Assembly: GCF_009914755.1 (NCBI RefSeq)
Contig: NC_060940.1
Reading direction: 5' to 3' (one strand)
Length of the DNA: 64,000 nt
Source: the human T2T-CHM13v2.0 reference genome, Homo sapiens
Both the position numbers and the translations under genes were made by a program. Of this stretch, positions 24,696 through 41,665 are shown piece by piece. Numbering within the stretch: the first letter of the stretch is position 1; every line of letters begins with the position of its first letter. The notes under the pieces were generated by a model that was given only the letters and a program-made list of their open reading frames with translations, searched no databases and was not told where the DNA came from.

Positions 24696-25168
24696 CTCTT
24701 TCCAAATAGAAAAAGTGAGGCTCAGAGAGGTTAAGTCACTTCCCCAAAGTCACAGAGCTTCTTATAAGTGGTGGAGGGTTTGACTGAGGACCCATGCTCT
24801 ATTGTAATCATAGAAAATCCTAGTGGAATTTTCCAATAGAATAAAATGCCTGCCCAGCTGCAGCCAAACGTTCCATAGACAATGTCTCTGGGCCTTTTGT
24901 GGCAGAAAAACCAACATAAGGAAAAGAAGGCCGGAGACGCCAGTTTTATCAAACTCCCATAAGGTAAAGGGAAATATCTTTCTGGGGAAAGGAGACTAAA
25001 GGAGAAAATTAACAGCCACTTTTCAGGGAGAGAGAAAGAGCAGGGACCCAGCCCCTCTGAGACTGTGGGCTGGGTGTGGCCTGAGCTGATTGGCAGCTCC
25101 ATTGTAACTATACTGTAAAGGAATGACTCTACCGAAACTGAGCTAAAGGAGAGTTTGAAGCATTTTTA

Positions 25169-25483
<315 letters not shown>

Positions 25484-25785
25484 TCAGACAACCAGCAGTG
25501 ATACAAGAGATAAAAGGCATCTGGCTTTACGCTGCAAACAAAACGGAAACAGGAAGTGAGAGAGCAGTTGGCCTCTAAGAAGCATCCATTTATTTTACCC
25601 TGCCAGGTGCCTACAAGGTGATGGTTTTGCCTCCCAAATATAATCAGGGGCCCAATCTCTGCATTCAAAGAAGTATATTTCAGCAACCCATAAGTAATCC
25701 AAAAGCAGTTCCCCACACATCAGCTCAAACAGTGTTACAGGGCAGGCATTCTTGGTGCCATCAGATCCAATGTCCCATGTTTTAA

Positions 25786-26143
<358 letters not shown>

Positions 26144-26566
26144 TGATCCTATAACCCATCTACTCTTCTAACCAATCACAATTGTGCCCTAATTATAATA
26201 AAAAGGAGAAATGAAATGATGAGGATTTCTAATGAAATAATATATAGAGAAATGATTTGGGTTTCCACCAGGAAAGACGGAGCGAAGCAGTCAAGTGCTC
26301 ACACACGTGTGTGTAGAATAACCAGTGACAGTCACAAACGCAGACAGCGTGGTGTGTTGTCGCATCGGCTTTACTGAGAGTGCCATGTTCTTCAAAAGAG
26401 TGGCTCTTTCTTGATAAATTCCCATACCAAACAGAGTCAAATCTTCTCTTGATTTACACCATAGCTGCTACATTCTTGGAAACATCAGTGTTCATTCAAC
26501 ACTTACATGTAAAATAGAACATGTAAACATATAAAATAGAATAGGCAGATAAAATAGAAGAAGGTT

Positions 26567-26939
<373 letters not shown>

Positions 26940-27015
26940 TCAAAAAACTACCCCACACCGTAATGACTCCCCCATCCCTATCATTAGGGCAACCAAAAGC
27001 TCTCTGCAGATTTAA

Positions 27016-27018
27016 AAC

Positions 27019-27053
<35 letters not shown>

Positions 27054-27106
27054 AACACACACACACAAACACACACACACACACAAACACACAGACACAC
27101 ACACAA

Positions 27107-27137
<31 letters not shown>

Positions 27138-27152
27138 CAAACACACACACAC
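27016..27152. repeat. Interrupted (CA)n microsatellite with periodic AA
   Basis: Directly visible. Confidence 0.97.
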
Positions 27153-27220
27153 GGGACAATTCAGTCCCCAGTGAGAACCTCTGTAATAAAAGGTCCAATT
27201 CCTAACCTGCAATAATATTC

Positions 27221-27513
<293 letters not shown>

Positions 27514-27795
27514 CACAATAATATTCTTAAAGTCCCCTTTCCCGCCTCCTCAGTTCTCCCACAATTCCCAGTTTCCCCAGAACAAACCCCAAGAGATTTC
27601 TCTGCCCTTCCCCCCACCCCCAGGCAGAGATGTCTTCCAACTCTTCCCCAGCACTGTAACTCTCCACTCTGGTCAAGTGGACTCCACCTTGGGGAAAGAA
27701 TGTTTGTACCGGGCACCAAACTAGACTTTGGAGATACACTAGTTCTTAGTATCTGCTAGTATCTGCCACTGTGATAATTAAGGTAATTATTTAGA

Positions 27796-28443
<648 letters not shown>

Positions 28444-28547
28444 CTTAGGCACTAAACAGGTGCTTTCAAGCACCTACTATATGCCAGACACTAAAGTAAT
28501 AGAGAGGGGAGACAATCAACAAGAAGCATTCTTTCTCAAAAGTTTTA

Positions 28548-28890
28548 GGCTGGGCACAGTGGCTAAAGCCTATAATCCCAGTACTTTGGGAGGTCGCGGC
28601 AGGAGGGTCAATTGAATGCAGGAGTCCAAGACCAGCCTAGGCAACATAGTAAGACCCCGTCTCCTCAAAAAATGCAAAAAAAAAAAAAAAAATTAGTTGA
28701 GCATGGCAGTGTGTGCCTGTAGTCCCAGGTAGTTGGGAGGCTGAGGTGGGAGGATCACTTGAGCCCAGGAGGTCAAGGCTGCAGTGAGCCAAGCCATGAT
28801 GGTGCAATGGCACTGCAGCCTGGGAGACAGAGTGAGACCCTGTCTCAAATAAATAAATAAGTAAATTAATTAATTAATTAATTAAATTAA
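28548..28890 (+). mobile_element. AluJ
   Basis: Full dimer with AT-rich tail. Confidence 0.93.
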
Positions 28891-28949
28891 AAGCATGTTA
28901 TTCAGAATCACATAGACTTGGGCTCAGCTCTTCAGCCATAAGCATGTTT

Positions 28950-29448
28950 CTTTTCTCTTTTTCTTTTTTTTTTTTTTTTTGTTGAGACAGAGCCTTGCTC
29001 TGTCACCCAGGTTGGAGTGCAGTGGCACGATCTTGGCTGACTGCAACCTCCACCTCATGAGGTCAAGCGATTCTCCTACCTCAGCTTCCTGAGTAGCTGG
29101 GATTACAGGCACGTGCCACGATGATCGGCTAATATTTGTTTTTCTTTCTTTTTTTTTTTTTTTTTGAGACGGAGTTTCGCTCTTTTTGCCCAGGCTGGAG
29201 TGCAATGGTGCAATCTCAGCTCACTGCAACCTCCTGCCTTCCGGGTTCAAGCGATTCTCCTGTCTCAGCTTCCCGAGTAACTGGGATTACAGGCGCATGC
29301 CACCACACCTGGCCTAATGTTTGTATTTTTAGTAGAGACAGGGTTTCACCATGTTGGCCAGGCTGGTCTCGAATGCTGAACCTCATGATCCGCCCACCTC
29401 AGCCTCCCAAAGTGCTGGGATTACAAGCGTGAGCCACCGCGCCCGGCC
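28950..29448 (-). mobile_element. AluS plus an extra right monomer, inside a MIR
   Basis: L-R-polyA-R-polyA within one TSD pair AGCATGTTTCTT. Confidence 0.9.
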
Positions 29449-29989
29449 CATGAGCATGTTTCTTGACCTCAGTTTCCCCTTCTGTAAAGCATGGTGTGGA
29501 TTGTTCACCTCGCATGGGCATGTGAATATCAAATGAGACATCCTGTGCAATGTGCCTCAGACAAAGAAAGGAGATCAGCAAATAATATTTCCTTTCTAGT
29601 TCATCCTCTCTTCCCATGTATGCCAAGAAAGCAGGCGAGATTGAGTGAGGGAGGTCATATCCTCTTTGTCTAAATGTTTTCTTGTTAGAGAACATCTTTC
29701 TTCTTAACATCCCTTCCTACATAAAGAATCTCTGTCAGAGGAATATTAAAAGGCCCTAACCTACAGTTAGATGGAAGGCGAGACTCCGATCTCACAGCTG
29801 AATCACTTTAGTCTACCTCTCTACCCATCTAATGTTACCCCCTTCAAAAATAATAATAATAATATGAAAGTTGGGAAGTGGAAAACCATCCTCTGGAGTT
29901 TTCAAAAACTAATTCCGTTGTAATCATAGAAGACTGAAGGCAGGATTCATGTCACATTTCTCTTCCTCCTGGGCAGATGAATCTACAAT

Positions 29990-30450
29990 TTGTATTTGAT
30001 TTTAAATGTGATTCTCCTGCATCTTCAGTGGGTTTGATTGATAGAGCACATGGGGCCACTCAGTAAAATGATACAGTGGAGATCAAAGCCGGAGAGATAA
30101 TTTTTGCCAAAATGTCTGCAGCCGACAGTGAGTTATAAGCCTTTGTCTCCCACTTTACGGAACACAATTTTATTTAAAGCCGAAATCTGTCACTTTGGTA
30201 TTGTTTATTGAAATGCATCCCATACCACGGTCCCGTGAAGAACAACGTCAAGTCAAAAGGTAAAAAAATCCAATGGTTACAAACAGCCCAGGACCAAATA
30301 AAGGAGGGAGAATGCTTCCAATCTGCATAAATATTACCCACCAGTGATGCATTTGGGGCAAGCAATGAAGTCATTCATCTGCAAAGTAAATATCTGGCAT
30401 TGTCAGAGGTGCCTGACACAGCCCCATAAACCCAGTGAGTTCTGTTCCAT
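29990..30450. promoter_or_regulatory. Candidate developmental enhancer
   Basis: Repeat-free; TGATTGAT 30035, AGATCAAAG 30080, TTTACG, TGTTTAT 30202. Confidence 0.35.
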
Positions 30451-30516
30451 TCAGCAGCTCACACATCTCTATTTGATAACTTTGCTTTATTTATGGGTCC
30501 ACAATGGGAGTCATAA

Positions 30517-30976
<460 letters not shown>

Positions 30977-31699
30977 TGCACAGCTTTTTTAAACCTTTTT
31001 TTTTTTTTTGCATTCATTCACGCTTTTCATACATCATGATTGAGGATCTACCCTGCAGACTGTATGGAGTTATCTAGAAGGCAGGAAGGCAGAGAACTAA
31101 AACCTTTGGTTAAAATATCTGGGGTTGAGCTCAGTGTTTCCTGCTCTCCAGCTATGTGACCTTGATCGGGTCTCTTCACCTGTCTGAACCTCAGTTTCCC
31201 CACTGCAAAGTGGAGAGCAAATGAGACCATGGACTTGGAAATGCTTCATACATTTCTGAGTGCCTCACAGATATGAAGCCCAAAGATAGCACCATTCTAG
31301 GCTCTGTCAGGACAATGAGGCCAAAGTTGTCACTGATGCCATAAAGTTGTCTCTACAGCGAAAGGTCCCTGGAATTAGCAGGAGGCTTTTGTGGAGCAAA
31401 TGCCTCCTTTTCTGCGTAGAAAGTGAGATGCCTCAATCACTCTGCCTAGATGCCTCTAGATGCCTCAATTCCTCTGCCACCAACAGACTCTGTGACATTG
31501 GGTCACTTTTGAGATTCCTGGGTCCTGCCTACTTCACCAGAATGTCATGTTCTGGAACCTTCTCAGTCTCCAACCTCATCACTCACAAGCTTTTCTTATG
31601 CTTTGATAGATGCTACGATTGCTTGTCAAAAAAAGAGCCTCTCTTCTCCGTTGCTAAGAGAACCCCAATTTTTAAAGTATTGAACAGTCACATGCTTTA

Positions 31700-32210
31700 G
31701 GAGAAGTTGCCCTTCTGAGCCTCAAGGAGTGAATCTTGACTGACCTAAACTAATCATAGTAATACTGACCCCCTGTCTAGTGATTGCTTTCGAATAGGCA
31801 CGTGACCCATTGTGACCAATGAGAGTTGATGGAAATTTCCTCCTTGCTGTCAACAATGGACACAAGGAAGACACATTTTCTCCTCTGACCTTTGGACATT
31901 GAACGTTATTGTGTTAGGATGTGATGTAAGGCACTGTGGCACCCATTTTGTGCTCATTAGAGGAAAAGACTGGAATTAAGCCCTTGCTCTGTAAGTCAGA
32001 GCACAAAGATGGCAAGAGCCCAGGTCTTTGATGATACAACTGAACTACTGAATAAACCAACCCTAGACTCACCTACCCCCAAATTCCTTTTAATGTGAGA
32101 GAATAATGTCCCATCTTGTTTAAGCAATTTCAGGTTTCCATTACTTACTAATGAATATATTTGGATTCCAAGTTGTTATTTCCTTGCATGGAATGCTTCT
32201 GACACAACTC
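31700..32210 (+). mobile_element. Old MaLR LTR (MLT1K/L-like)
   Basis: GGCACGTGACCC..ACCAATGAGA..TTGTTTAAGC motifs. Confidence 0.6.
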
Positions 32211-32759
32211 ACCCTTGCTAGCCTCAAGGGTGGTGGCCGAACTGGGGAGGGTCCAAGAGGAATTGCAAAAAACAGAGCTGCAAGGAGCAGCCTTATCTCT
32301 GACCGCTGTGGTGAGCCCTCCACTTTGTATACCCTCCCCCAACCGTGTGACTCTGGATCAGCCAATCAGGTGATCTCTCTTGGCACCTTGACTCATGATG
32401 CAAGAACACAGGCCCTATTGGGTTTCCATGAATTCTCTGCAGGGAGAGCAGGGGTCCCCAGATCAGCCTATCCCTAACGCATGCCCTTGGAGGAGTTGCC
32501 GCTATAAAGCTATCTGGAGTCACCTTGTATGGGGTGTTTTCCAAGGCTGGGCCTTCAGCAGTGCCTTCGGCATGTTCTCTTTCTTTGGTAAGAGTCAGTT
32601 TCTGGGGTGAACAACTGAGAACTCAGGGACATAGACAAGAAATCATGTCTCATTCTTAAAAGCCTCAGCACAAGTCCTGGCATAGAGTAAGTGTTGAAGG
32701 GAGGTTGGATGAATGAATAAAGGAGTGAGAAAGTTAATTGCTTCCCTTCTCTGGGCTGC

Positions 32760-33246
32760 TGTATCAATCAAGGTTGTGGCAGGAAATACATAGTAAACTC
32801 AAATGGGGTAACTAAAAAGAGTTTAGCAAAGGGCTATATATAGCTGTATAAGTGGGATTAAAAAAAACAAAAACAAAAAGGGAGGTTGCAGTAGCCCTAA
32901 CTAGCAGCAGTGAGGAGCCATTTCTACCCCTAGACCTGGAGGGGAAATAGTTATGGAACCCAAGGAGAGTAGCCACAGTCTTCAGGGAAAGACAGCTGCC
33001 TGGCAGGAGCTTCCAACCTATGGCAACCCAACAGGAAGGAGCCACAGAAATAAATATCCGAATCCCTCTCTCCTCCCACCTTCTAGTATTCTATGATCCC
33101 CACCCCATTGGCCAAACCCAAGCAGCCACAAGAGGATGGGAGACCACATGTGATGTAGTCCATAGAAGTCAGCCTCCTGGGGTACAAAGCAGGAAATGGG
33201 GGTGGACAGTGGATGTAAAGGAGCAAATACAAAATATCCGGCACAG
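32760..33246 (-). mobile_element. LTR33-like ERVL LTR
   Basis: TGTATCAATCAAGG..CCCATTGGCCAAACCCAA..AAAATATCCGGCACA. Confidence 0.7.
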
Positions 33247-33250
33247 ATAT

Positions 33251-33617
33251 TGCTATGGTTTGCATGTGTTCCCCAAAGTTCAAGTGCTGGAAACTTAATC
33301 CCTGATGCAACCGTGTTGAGAGGTGAGGCCTTCAAGAGGTGTTTGGATCATGGGGACATCATCTTTCTGAATGGATTAATGCCTTTATCATGGGAGCGGG
33401 CTGGTTTTCACAGGAGCAGGTGCTCTCTCTCACCCTCTCTCTCACCCATGTGATGCCTTGGGTCACACCATGATGCAGCAAGAAGGCCTTCACCAGATGT
33501 AAGCTCTCAACCTCGGACTTCCCAGCCTCCAGAACTGTGAGCCAAGTAAATTTCTATTCATTGTAAATTACCTGGTCTGTGGTATTCTGTTATAGCAGCA
33601 CAAAATGGACTAAGACA
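33251..33617 (+). mobile_element. MSTC/D LTR
   Basis: TGCTATGGTTTGCATGTG...GGACTAAGACA. Confidence 0.88.
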
Positions 33618-34398
33618 GATAGTATCTAGTGATAGGATAGACTACAAGAATCTCTTTCACCCAGATCCTGCAGCCACAAAAGGGCCAACGCTCTTTGGAG
33701 AGTTTATCTCTCACCCAAGCAGCCACCAGCATCATCAGCAAACAGCAATGTTCCTCTACACGCTTGTGTGTTTCCTTCATTGGTACAAGTTTCCACCATT
33801 GTTTTGCTTATAAGAGAAACCATTCTCCAAAGCCCAGAGTAATTATAGAGCCCAGAAGTCTTGGGGCTTTCTGAATTTGAAGCAGATTCAGGGCTCAAGA
33901 GAGCCAAGAAGTCATATCAATGCCAGGAATCTGGACCCCAGGCAGACAGCGTGGATAACCTACCCCAACAGAGGTGCAGGCTCTCTTCCTTTCACCCAAA
34001 AAATAGCAAACACATTTATTGATCACCGTGGGCCCTTTCCTTCCACCTGGAGGTTAGCAGGAACTTTCAAAGGTTTAGTGTCATCCATATCCCATTGTCT
34101 TCTTCATGCACAGAAAAGAGAAACTTCTTCATCTCTGGAAAGGAGACATGGACTCACACTCCCCTTATTCTGAATTTTTGCCCACTAAGCCATTTCACAG
34201 GAAGTTAGCCATGGTTTGTGGATTTTTAAATGCTTCTGGGAGGAGAAGGATTTACTAGTGATAAGAAATAAAAATGCAAATGTTTTACTGATGACATATG
34301 CATGTAAAGTGCTTGATATAATGCCTGACATGGAAAAAACACTCAATAAACGTTAGTCATCAGTATTTATATCATCATTCCTTTTAATACACGCCATC

Positions 34399-34642
34399 GA
34401 CTGGGTGCAGTGGCTCATGCCTGTTATCCCAGCACTTTGGGAAGCAGAGGCGAGAGGATCACTTGAGCCCAGGAGTTTGAGACGAGCCTGGGCAACATAA
34501 GAAGACCCCATCTCTATAAAAGAATCTTTAAAAATTACCTAGGTATGGTGGCATGTGCATACAGTCCCAGCTACTCAGGAGGCTGGGGTGGGAGGATCAA
34601 TTGAGCCCAGGAGGTCAAAATGAGGCTGCAGTGAACCATGAT

Positions 34643-34643
<1 letters not shown>
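34399..34643 (+). mobile_element. AluJ, 3'-truncated
   Basis: Ends at GCAGTGAACCATGAT. Confidence 0.9.
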
Positions 34644-35214
<571 letters not shown>

Positions 35215-35215
<1 letters not shown>

Positions 35216-35700
35216 AACAACAAGCATTTATCATCTAATTGTCTGGATTTGGAACCCACAAGCCAACTCAGCTAAGTGCTCTGGCTTAGGGTCTCCCATG
35301 AGGCTGCAGGTAAGATGTCAGCCAGGACTGCAGTCATCTGAGCGTTTCTGGGGCTGAAGACTAGGCTTCCAGGCTCACTGTGTGGTTGTCTCTATCCCTT
35401 ACTGGCTCTTAGACAGAAACCTCAATTCCTCACCACGTGGGCCTCTCCGTAAAGTGCCTTAGTGTCCTCAAAACATGGCAGCTGGCTTCCTCCAAAGCGA
35501 CTGATCCAAGAAAGAGAGAGAAAGAGCCAACAATGGAAGCTGCAGTCTTTCATGACGTAATCGCGGAAGTGACATAACATCACTTCTGCGGCATTGGTCA
35601 CACACGAGCCCCAACATGGATCTTTCCAGCGTGGGAGGGGACTAAACAAGGTGTGAATGGCAGCAGGCAGGGATTGTTGCGGGCCATCTTGAAAACTGGT
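35215..35700 (-). mobile_element. MLT1F-like LTR
   Basis: GGGTCTCCCATGAGGCTGCAG..TTCCTCACCACGTGGGCCTCTCC..GGCCATCTTG. Confidence 0.82.
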
Positions 35701-35747
35701 TCCCTCAGAGGAGAGCTGGAAGGCTGGGGACAAGGACACAAGAGAGG

Positions 35748-36065
<318 letters not shown>

Positions 36066-36270
36066 TGTCTGTAATCTTTAAAAGTAATAGCATATTAGCT
36101 CTGAGGGTCGGTTGGATTTTTTTTTTTTAAACAGTTGGCAGTCATTTGTAGCCAAGTCAGGTGAAAAGGGTAGGTGATCAAGCTCATTACAATTTTTATT
36201 GAAATAAAATTTATCTTTAGTAACGAGATTGATTTTTTGTGTGTGACTCCGGAGGGCAGTTTGCCCAGAG

Positions 36271-36572
36271 CAGTGGTTTTCAGACTCTTAACAAACTATC
36301 CCTGAGAGGAAAAGAGAATGAATTCATACTCTGTGGAGTGTAGCCCAAAATAACCTCTGCAAGGGTGAAATTTTCTTTGAAGTCTTATTTTACCTTAGGT
36401 ATTTGTGAACTCTGCGTTCTATTTTGTGCCACATGTGTTTTAAGTTACTATTACTCTGCTAAAGTTTATTCATCCTCCAGGAAGATGATGATGTTTGTAC
36501 TGTAGTTTTTTATGTCCCAGGGATACAGCAGGGTTCCCCAAGGGTACCTGTTGGCCTAGTTTGAGACTCTTG
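36271..36572. mobile_element. Old hAT-Charlie MITE (MER112/113-like)
   Basis: TIR-like ends CAGTGGTTTTCAGACT / AGTTTGAGACTCTTG. Confidence 0.45.
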
Positions 36573-36715
36573 GCTCTGTTAGTGGGAGTCTCAAACTATG
36601 CTCCAGGCTGCTGATTGTTCTGAGGGATTTCTCTTTCTTTCTAACACTAAGAAATAGGAAATACAGTTTTCAGTTTAAAAATAACATAATTAAAAAGTGT
36701 AGAAAAGTCTCTCTT

Positions 36716-37010
<295 letters not shown>

Positions 37011-37085
37011 TTACAGGCAAAAGAGGTTGCCCATGTTCTCATCATTGGCAGCAGCAGCATCAAAATATGGCACCCACTCCAGTGA

Positions 37086-37499
<414 letters not shown>

Positions 37500-38689
37500 T
37501 AGCTCACGACCACAAACGGAGTTTGGTTTCCTTGCTCTCTCTTTTTCCCATTTGGTACTTTTCTTTCTCTCCCATGCACTCCTCTTCAAACCAAAAGTGA
37601 ATCTTGTTATTTCTTGAAAAATGTGTAGATGTTGAAGGGATGAAAAACCTGAACTCTAACGTCTGACTATCTGAACCCAAATTCTAGCCGCCCCACTCAG
37701 TTGCTGTGTGACTGTGAGTAAGTTCTTACCCTCTCTGAGCCTGTTTCTTCACTTGGAAAATAAAAGTATACATATATATAGCTGTTAGCCAGAACTCAGC
37801 CTAGGGTAACCTTTCAATAAATATTAGCATCATCAAGGAAATCACTTGACAAATTAATTTTCATTAAGCAATGAGGGTCTATAACAGTGATGACTTCTGA
37901 CCAACCAGCCCAATGGCTGACAAAGGACTGATAACACTTTACATTTTTATAATTTCCCTAGATTTCAAATTCTCCATAAGGAGCAAGTACAGTTTTTATA
38001 ATCAGACATAGAACTCGCGTTCACTCTGCTCATCCTGACCCTAGCCACTGGCCACCAATTTCTGGGTTGGCTGCTCCAACCTGAGAGCACAGCTACTGGA
38101 ATCAGAGGCAGAGGAGCTCCTCTTGCGTTTCGTTGCTGGTTTCCCTTGGTTTTGTAAAAATAAATAAATAATAAAATAGGGATACACCCTTCAGACAACA
38201 GGTAACTTCCTAAGCTAAGATGAACAGGAGGAAATTTAAATGTCTTTCTCCGGTTCAAATCCCCTACCCTCTCCCATCTGCCTACCCTGGGCTCCAACAC
38301 TCGGGAGAAAGACCATAAGTCGTTCAGATGATGCTTTGGAGCTGGACAATCAATCGTGATCAAAAACAGGGGCATGGGAGCCCGGCTAACGTGGAAGGAT
38401 GGGAGAAAATCAGGCTGAATTAGAGAAGGGTACATTGTGGAGTGTGTTTTACAACGCCATTAGTTCTAAGCACATAAGGATTTCAAATCAAGGAGCATCC
38501 ACACACACACAAACTCTTGGATTACTTAAGAGATAAGGCGGATCCAAAATTAGCATATAGATCAGAGGCATGCAGTTGAGTGCTGCTAAAGTGGGCTATA
38601 AATGCTTGGGGGAAAATAAACTAGTTGTTTTTCTGAAGAAAGCTTTACAACGTTCCAAAATCTTGTCCAGGAAGTGTGAACTCTAAGTC

Positions 38690-39512
38690 CAATGGACTGA
38701 ACTGTGTCCCCTCAAAATTGATATGTTGAAGCCTTAACTTCCATTATGATGGTATTAGGAGGTGGGCTTTTTTGGAAGACTATTAGTTTAGATGAGATCA
38801 TGAGGATGAGGTCTTCGTGATGGAATTAGCATCCTTACAAGAAAAGACACCAGACGGCTTGCTCTCTTGCTCTGTCTCTCCTCTTCCCTCCCTCCCTCTC
38901 TCTCTCCCTCTCTACCTCCGCTCCCCCCACCCCCCACTTCCTCCGTCATGTGAGAATGCAGAGAGAAAGCAGCTTTCTGCAAGCCAGGAGGAGGGTCCGC
39001 TGGGAGCTACATCAGCCAGATTGTGGCACTTCTCAGCCTCCAAAACTGTGAGAAATAGATTTCTGTTGCTTAAGCCATCCAGTTTATACTATTTTGTTAT
39101 TGCAGCCTGATATGGTTCGGATTTGTGTCCCCGCCCAAATCTCGTGTTGAATCGTAATCCCCAGTGTTGGAGGAGGGGCCTGGGGGAAGGGGATTGGATC
39201 ACGGGGACAGACTTCCCCCTTGCTGTTCTCATGACAGTGAGTGAGTTCTCACAAGATCTGGTTGTTTAAAAGTGTGTAGCACTTTCCCCTTTGCTCTCTT
39301 CCTCCTACTCCAGCCATGTAGGACATGCCAGCTTCCCTTTCACCTTCTGCCATGATTGTAAGTTTCCTGAGGCTTCCTCAGCTATGCTTCCTGTACAGCC
39401 TGCAAAACTGTGAGCCAATTAAACCTCTTTTCTTTATAAATTACCCAGTCTCAGGTATTTCTTTATAACAATGCAAGAAGAGACTAATACACAGCCCAAA
39501 CTAACTAAGACA
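38690..39512 (+). mobile_element. MLT1A0 LTR interrupted by MSTA (39108-39491)
   Basis: MSTA TGATATGGTTCGG...GACTAATACA with TSD CAGCC. Confidence 0.88.
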
Positions 39513-39898
39513 AACCCACTCTGACCCATTCTGACACCCAAACTAACTAAGTCCTGGTTTGAACCCTTCGCTATTGTGTCACCTTGGGGCAAGTCACCCA
39601 ACTTCTCCAAATGTTTGTTTCCCACCAGGAAGATGGAAATGACAGTACCTCTCCTTCCTACCCCGCAAGCCTATCAGGAGGATCGAAAGGGACATGGCAA
39701 GCAAATACTTTCTAAACTGTAAAGTGCTGTGCAAACGCAAGACAGCATTACTCTCTTTTTATGGAGTTATTTATACTCTACCTGGTTACAGCAGAGGATT
39801 TATGGTAGATGTCAGTAAGGCTCTTTATTTTGAATTTTAAGAGAGAAATAAGAATCTTTGTTATCTGTAGAGAAACAAATATAATTTCCATGGGGCAC

Positions 39899-39956
39899 TA
39901 ATATAATATAATATAATATAATATAATATAATATAATATAATATAATATAATATAA
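39899..39956. repeat. (ATATATAATA)n 10-bp tandem repeat
   Basis: About 5.5 exact copies. Confidence 0.95.
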
Positions 39957-41153
39957 ATATACCTTACCGAATAAACCCTTTGCTCAGACGTAGTGAAAAG
40001 GTAAATTCCCCTTCAACCTAATGAAGTTTCAGTCGCTCACATTTTCTGAATTTGCCGAACAGAAATGCGATCAGGTGCATACTAAGTGCAGTACCCAGCA
40101 TGATGTCTAGCATTGAAACATACAGTGTATACACCAGCACCTCCACCAAACCCATATCCAGCATGCAAAACATACCCTTTTCAAGTCGGAAGCACATAGA
40201 TAGATTTTTTGGAGTTCAAAAGGTCTTAATGCAAACTGGCTCCAATTCCTTTTTTTTTTTTTTTTTAAATCTTTGAAACATTGGTTAAGTCTTCTCAGAG
40301 CTATCATTTTGCACACATGGAAACTTTAGACCATCCATCCTTCAAGTGTCTTGGGGTAATTAGAGATACTGAAGGTTAAGGACCTAGCATACTACTAATA
40401 GATTTTCAACAAATGGTAGCTACTGTTATTTCTCATCATTGCAGATTTAAGAGTGCCAATTCTCAGAGCACTTCAGATAAAAACCCTACCTTTCTTAAGG
40501 CAAAAAACAACGGCATTAACTTTTTTTTTTAATTAACCTAAGTTCCCATTATGTTTAGAGAAGAGATCACAATGATAAATGCTTGCCCTGTCTCTCTTTT
40601 TTAAAAATTTACTGTTCTTACATGTGACATATACTGTGGTACTTAGTGTCACCCTACAAAGAATAAATTTAAATTGAAGAAACAGAAACACGGGAGAGTC
40701 CTTGTTTGGGTTTAATTTGTATCTGACTACAATAAAATTCTATCCTGGAAGCTAGAGTCATAAAACTAAAAGTCAGGAAGGAAAAGAATGGCTAATTAAG
40801 CTCCGAAACTAAAAGCTCTTTCCTTATTGCTATTTCTTTAAGTCCTAACAATTGGTCAGGCACAGGGGCTTAGCTGCGCCATTCTAGTTAATGGTCGGTT
40901 ACAAATTTCCACCATAAACTCATCTTCCTTCTAGCAACTTAAATCTCAGGCACTGGGATGTAATAAGGAGAGAAAGCTCTTAGGCCCAGGGCAATCTCTC
41001 TCAATCCCAATCTCCCTTTCCCCCATCCCTATCCCACCACAATAACTGTTAGTAAGAGCTTTTGGTTGCATGCCCAGAAATCTAACTCTGGCTAAATTAA
41101 TCAAGAAACGAATATACTGGTTTATCCAGCTGAGGTCATTTACGGAAAGGGAG

Positions 41154-41547
41154 TGCTAAGGTTTGAATGTGTCTCCTCCAAAATTCATGTTGAAACTTAA
41201 TCCTCATTGCAGTGGTATTAAGAGGTGAGGCCTTTTAGGAAGTGATTCAGTCAGGAGGGCTTGGCCCTTAAGGAATGAATTCATGCCTTATAAAGGGGTA
41301 GAGGGAACTAACTTAGGCCCTTTTGCCCTTCCACCTTCCACATATGAGGATACAGCATTCATGCCCTCCAGAGGACACAAGGCACCACCTTAGAAGCAAG
41401 GAACAGAGCCCCTTACCAGACACAAAATGTGCCTGTGCCTTGACCCTGGACTCCTCAGCCTCCAGAACGGTGAGAAATAAGTTTCTGTCCTTTATAAGTT
41501 ATCTAGTCTTGGGTATTTTGTTACAGCAGCAAAAACAGACTAAGACA
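41154..41547 (+). mobile_element. MSTD-like LTR nested in an older MLT1 fragment
   Basis: TGCTAAGGTTTGAATGTG...GACTAAGACA. Confidence 0.85.
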
Positions 41548-41616
41548 GGAAGAGAAAAGAACCAGAGCCCCAGGGACTAGAAACAGGACTCACTGCCTCA
41601 AAGTACATGTATACTC

Positions 41617-41665
<49 letters not shown>

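Noticed and set aside
28950-29448. Novel trimeric Alu source element
   Set aside because: More simply a 5'-truncated Alu inserted into the poly-A tail of another Alu.
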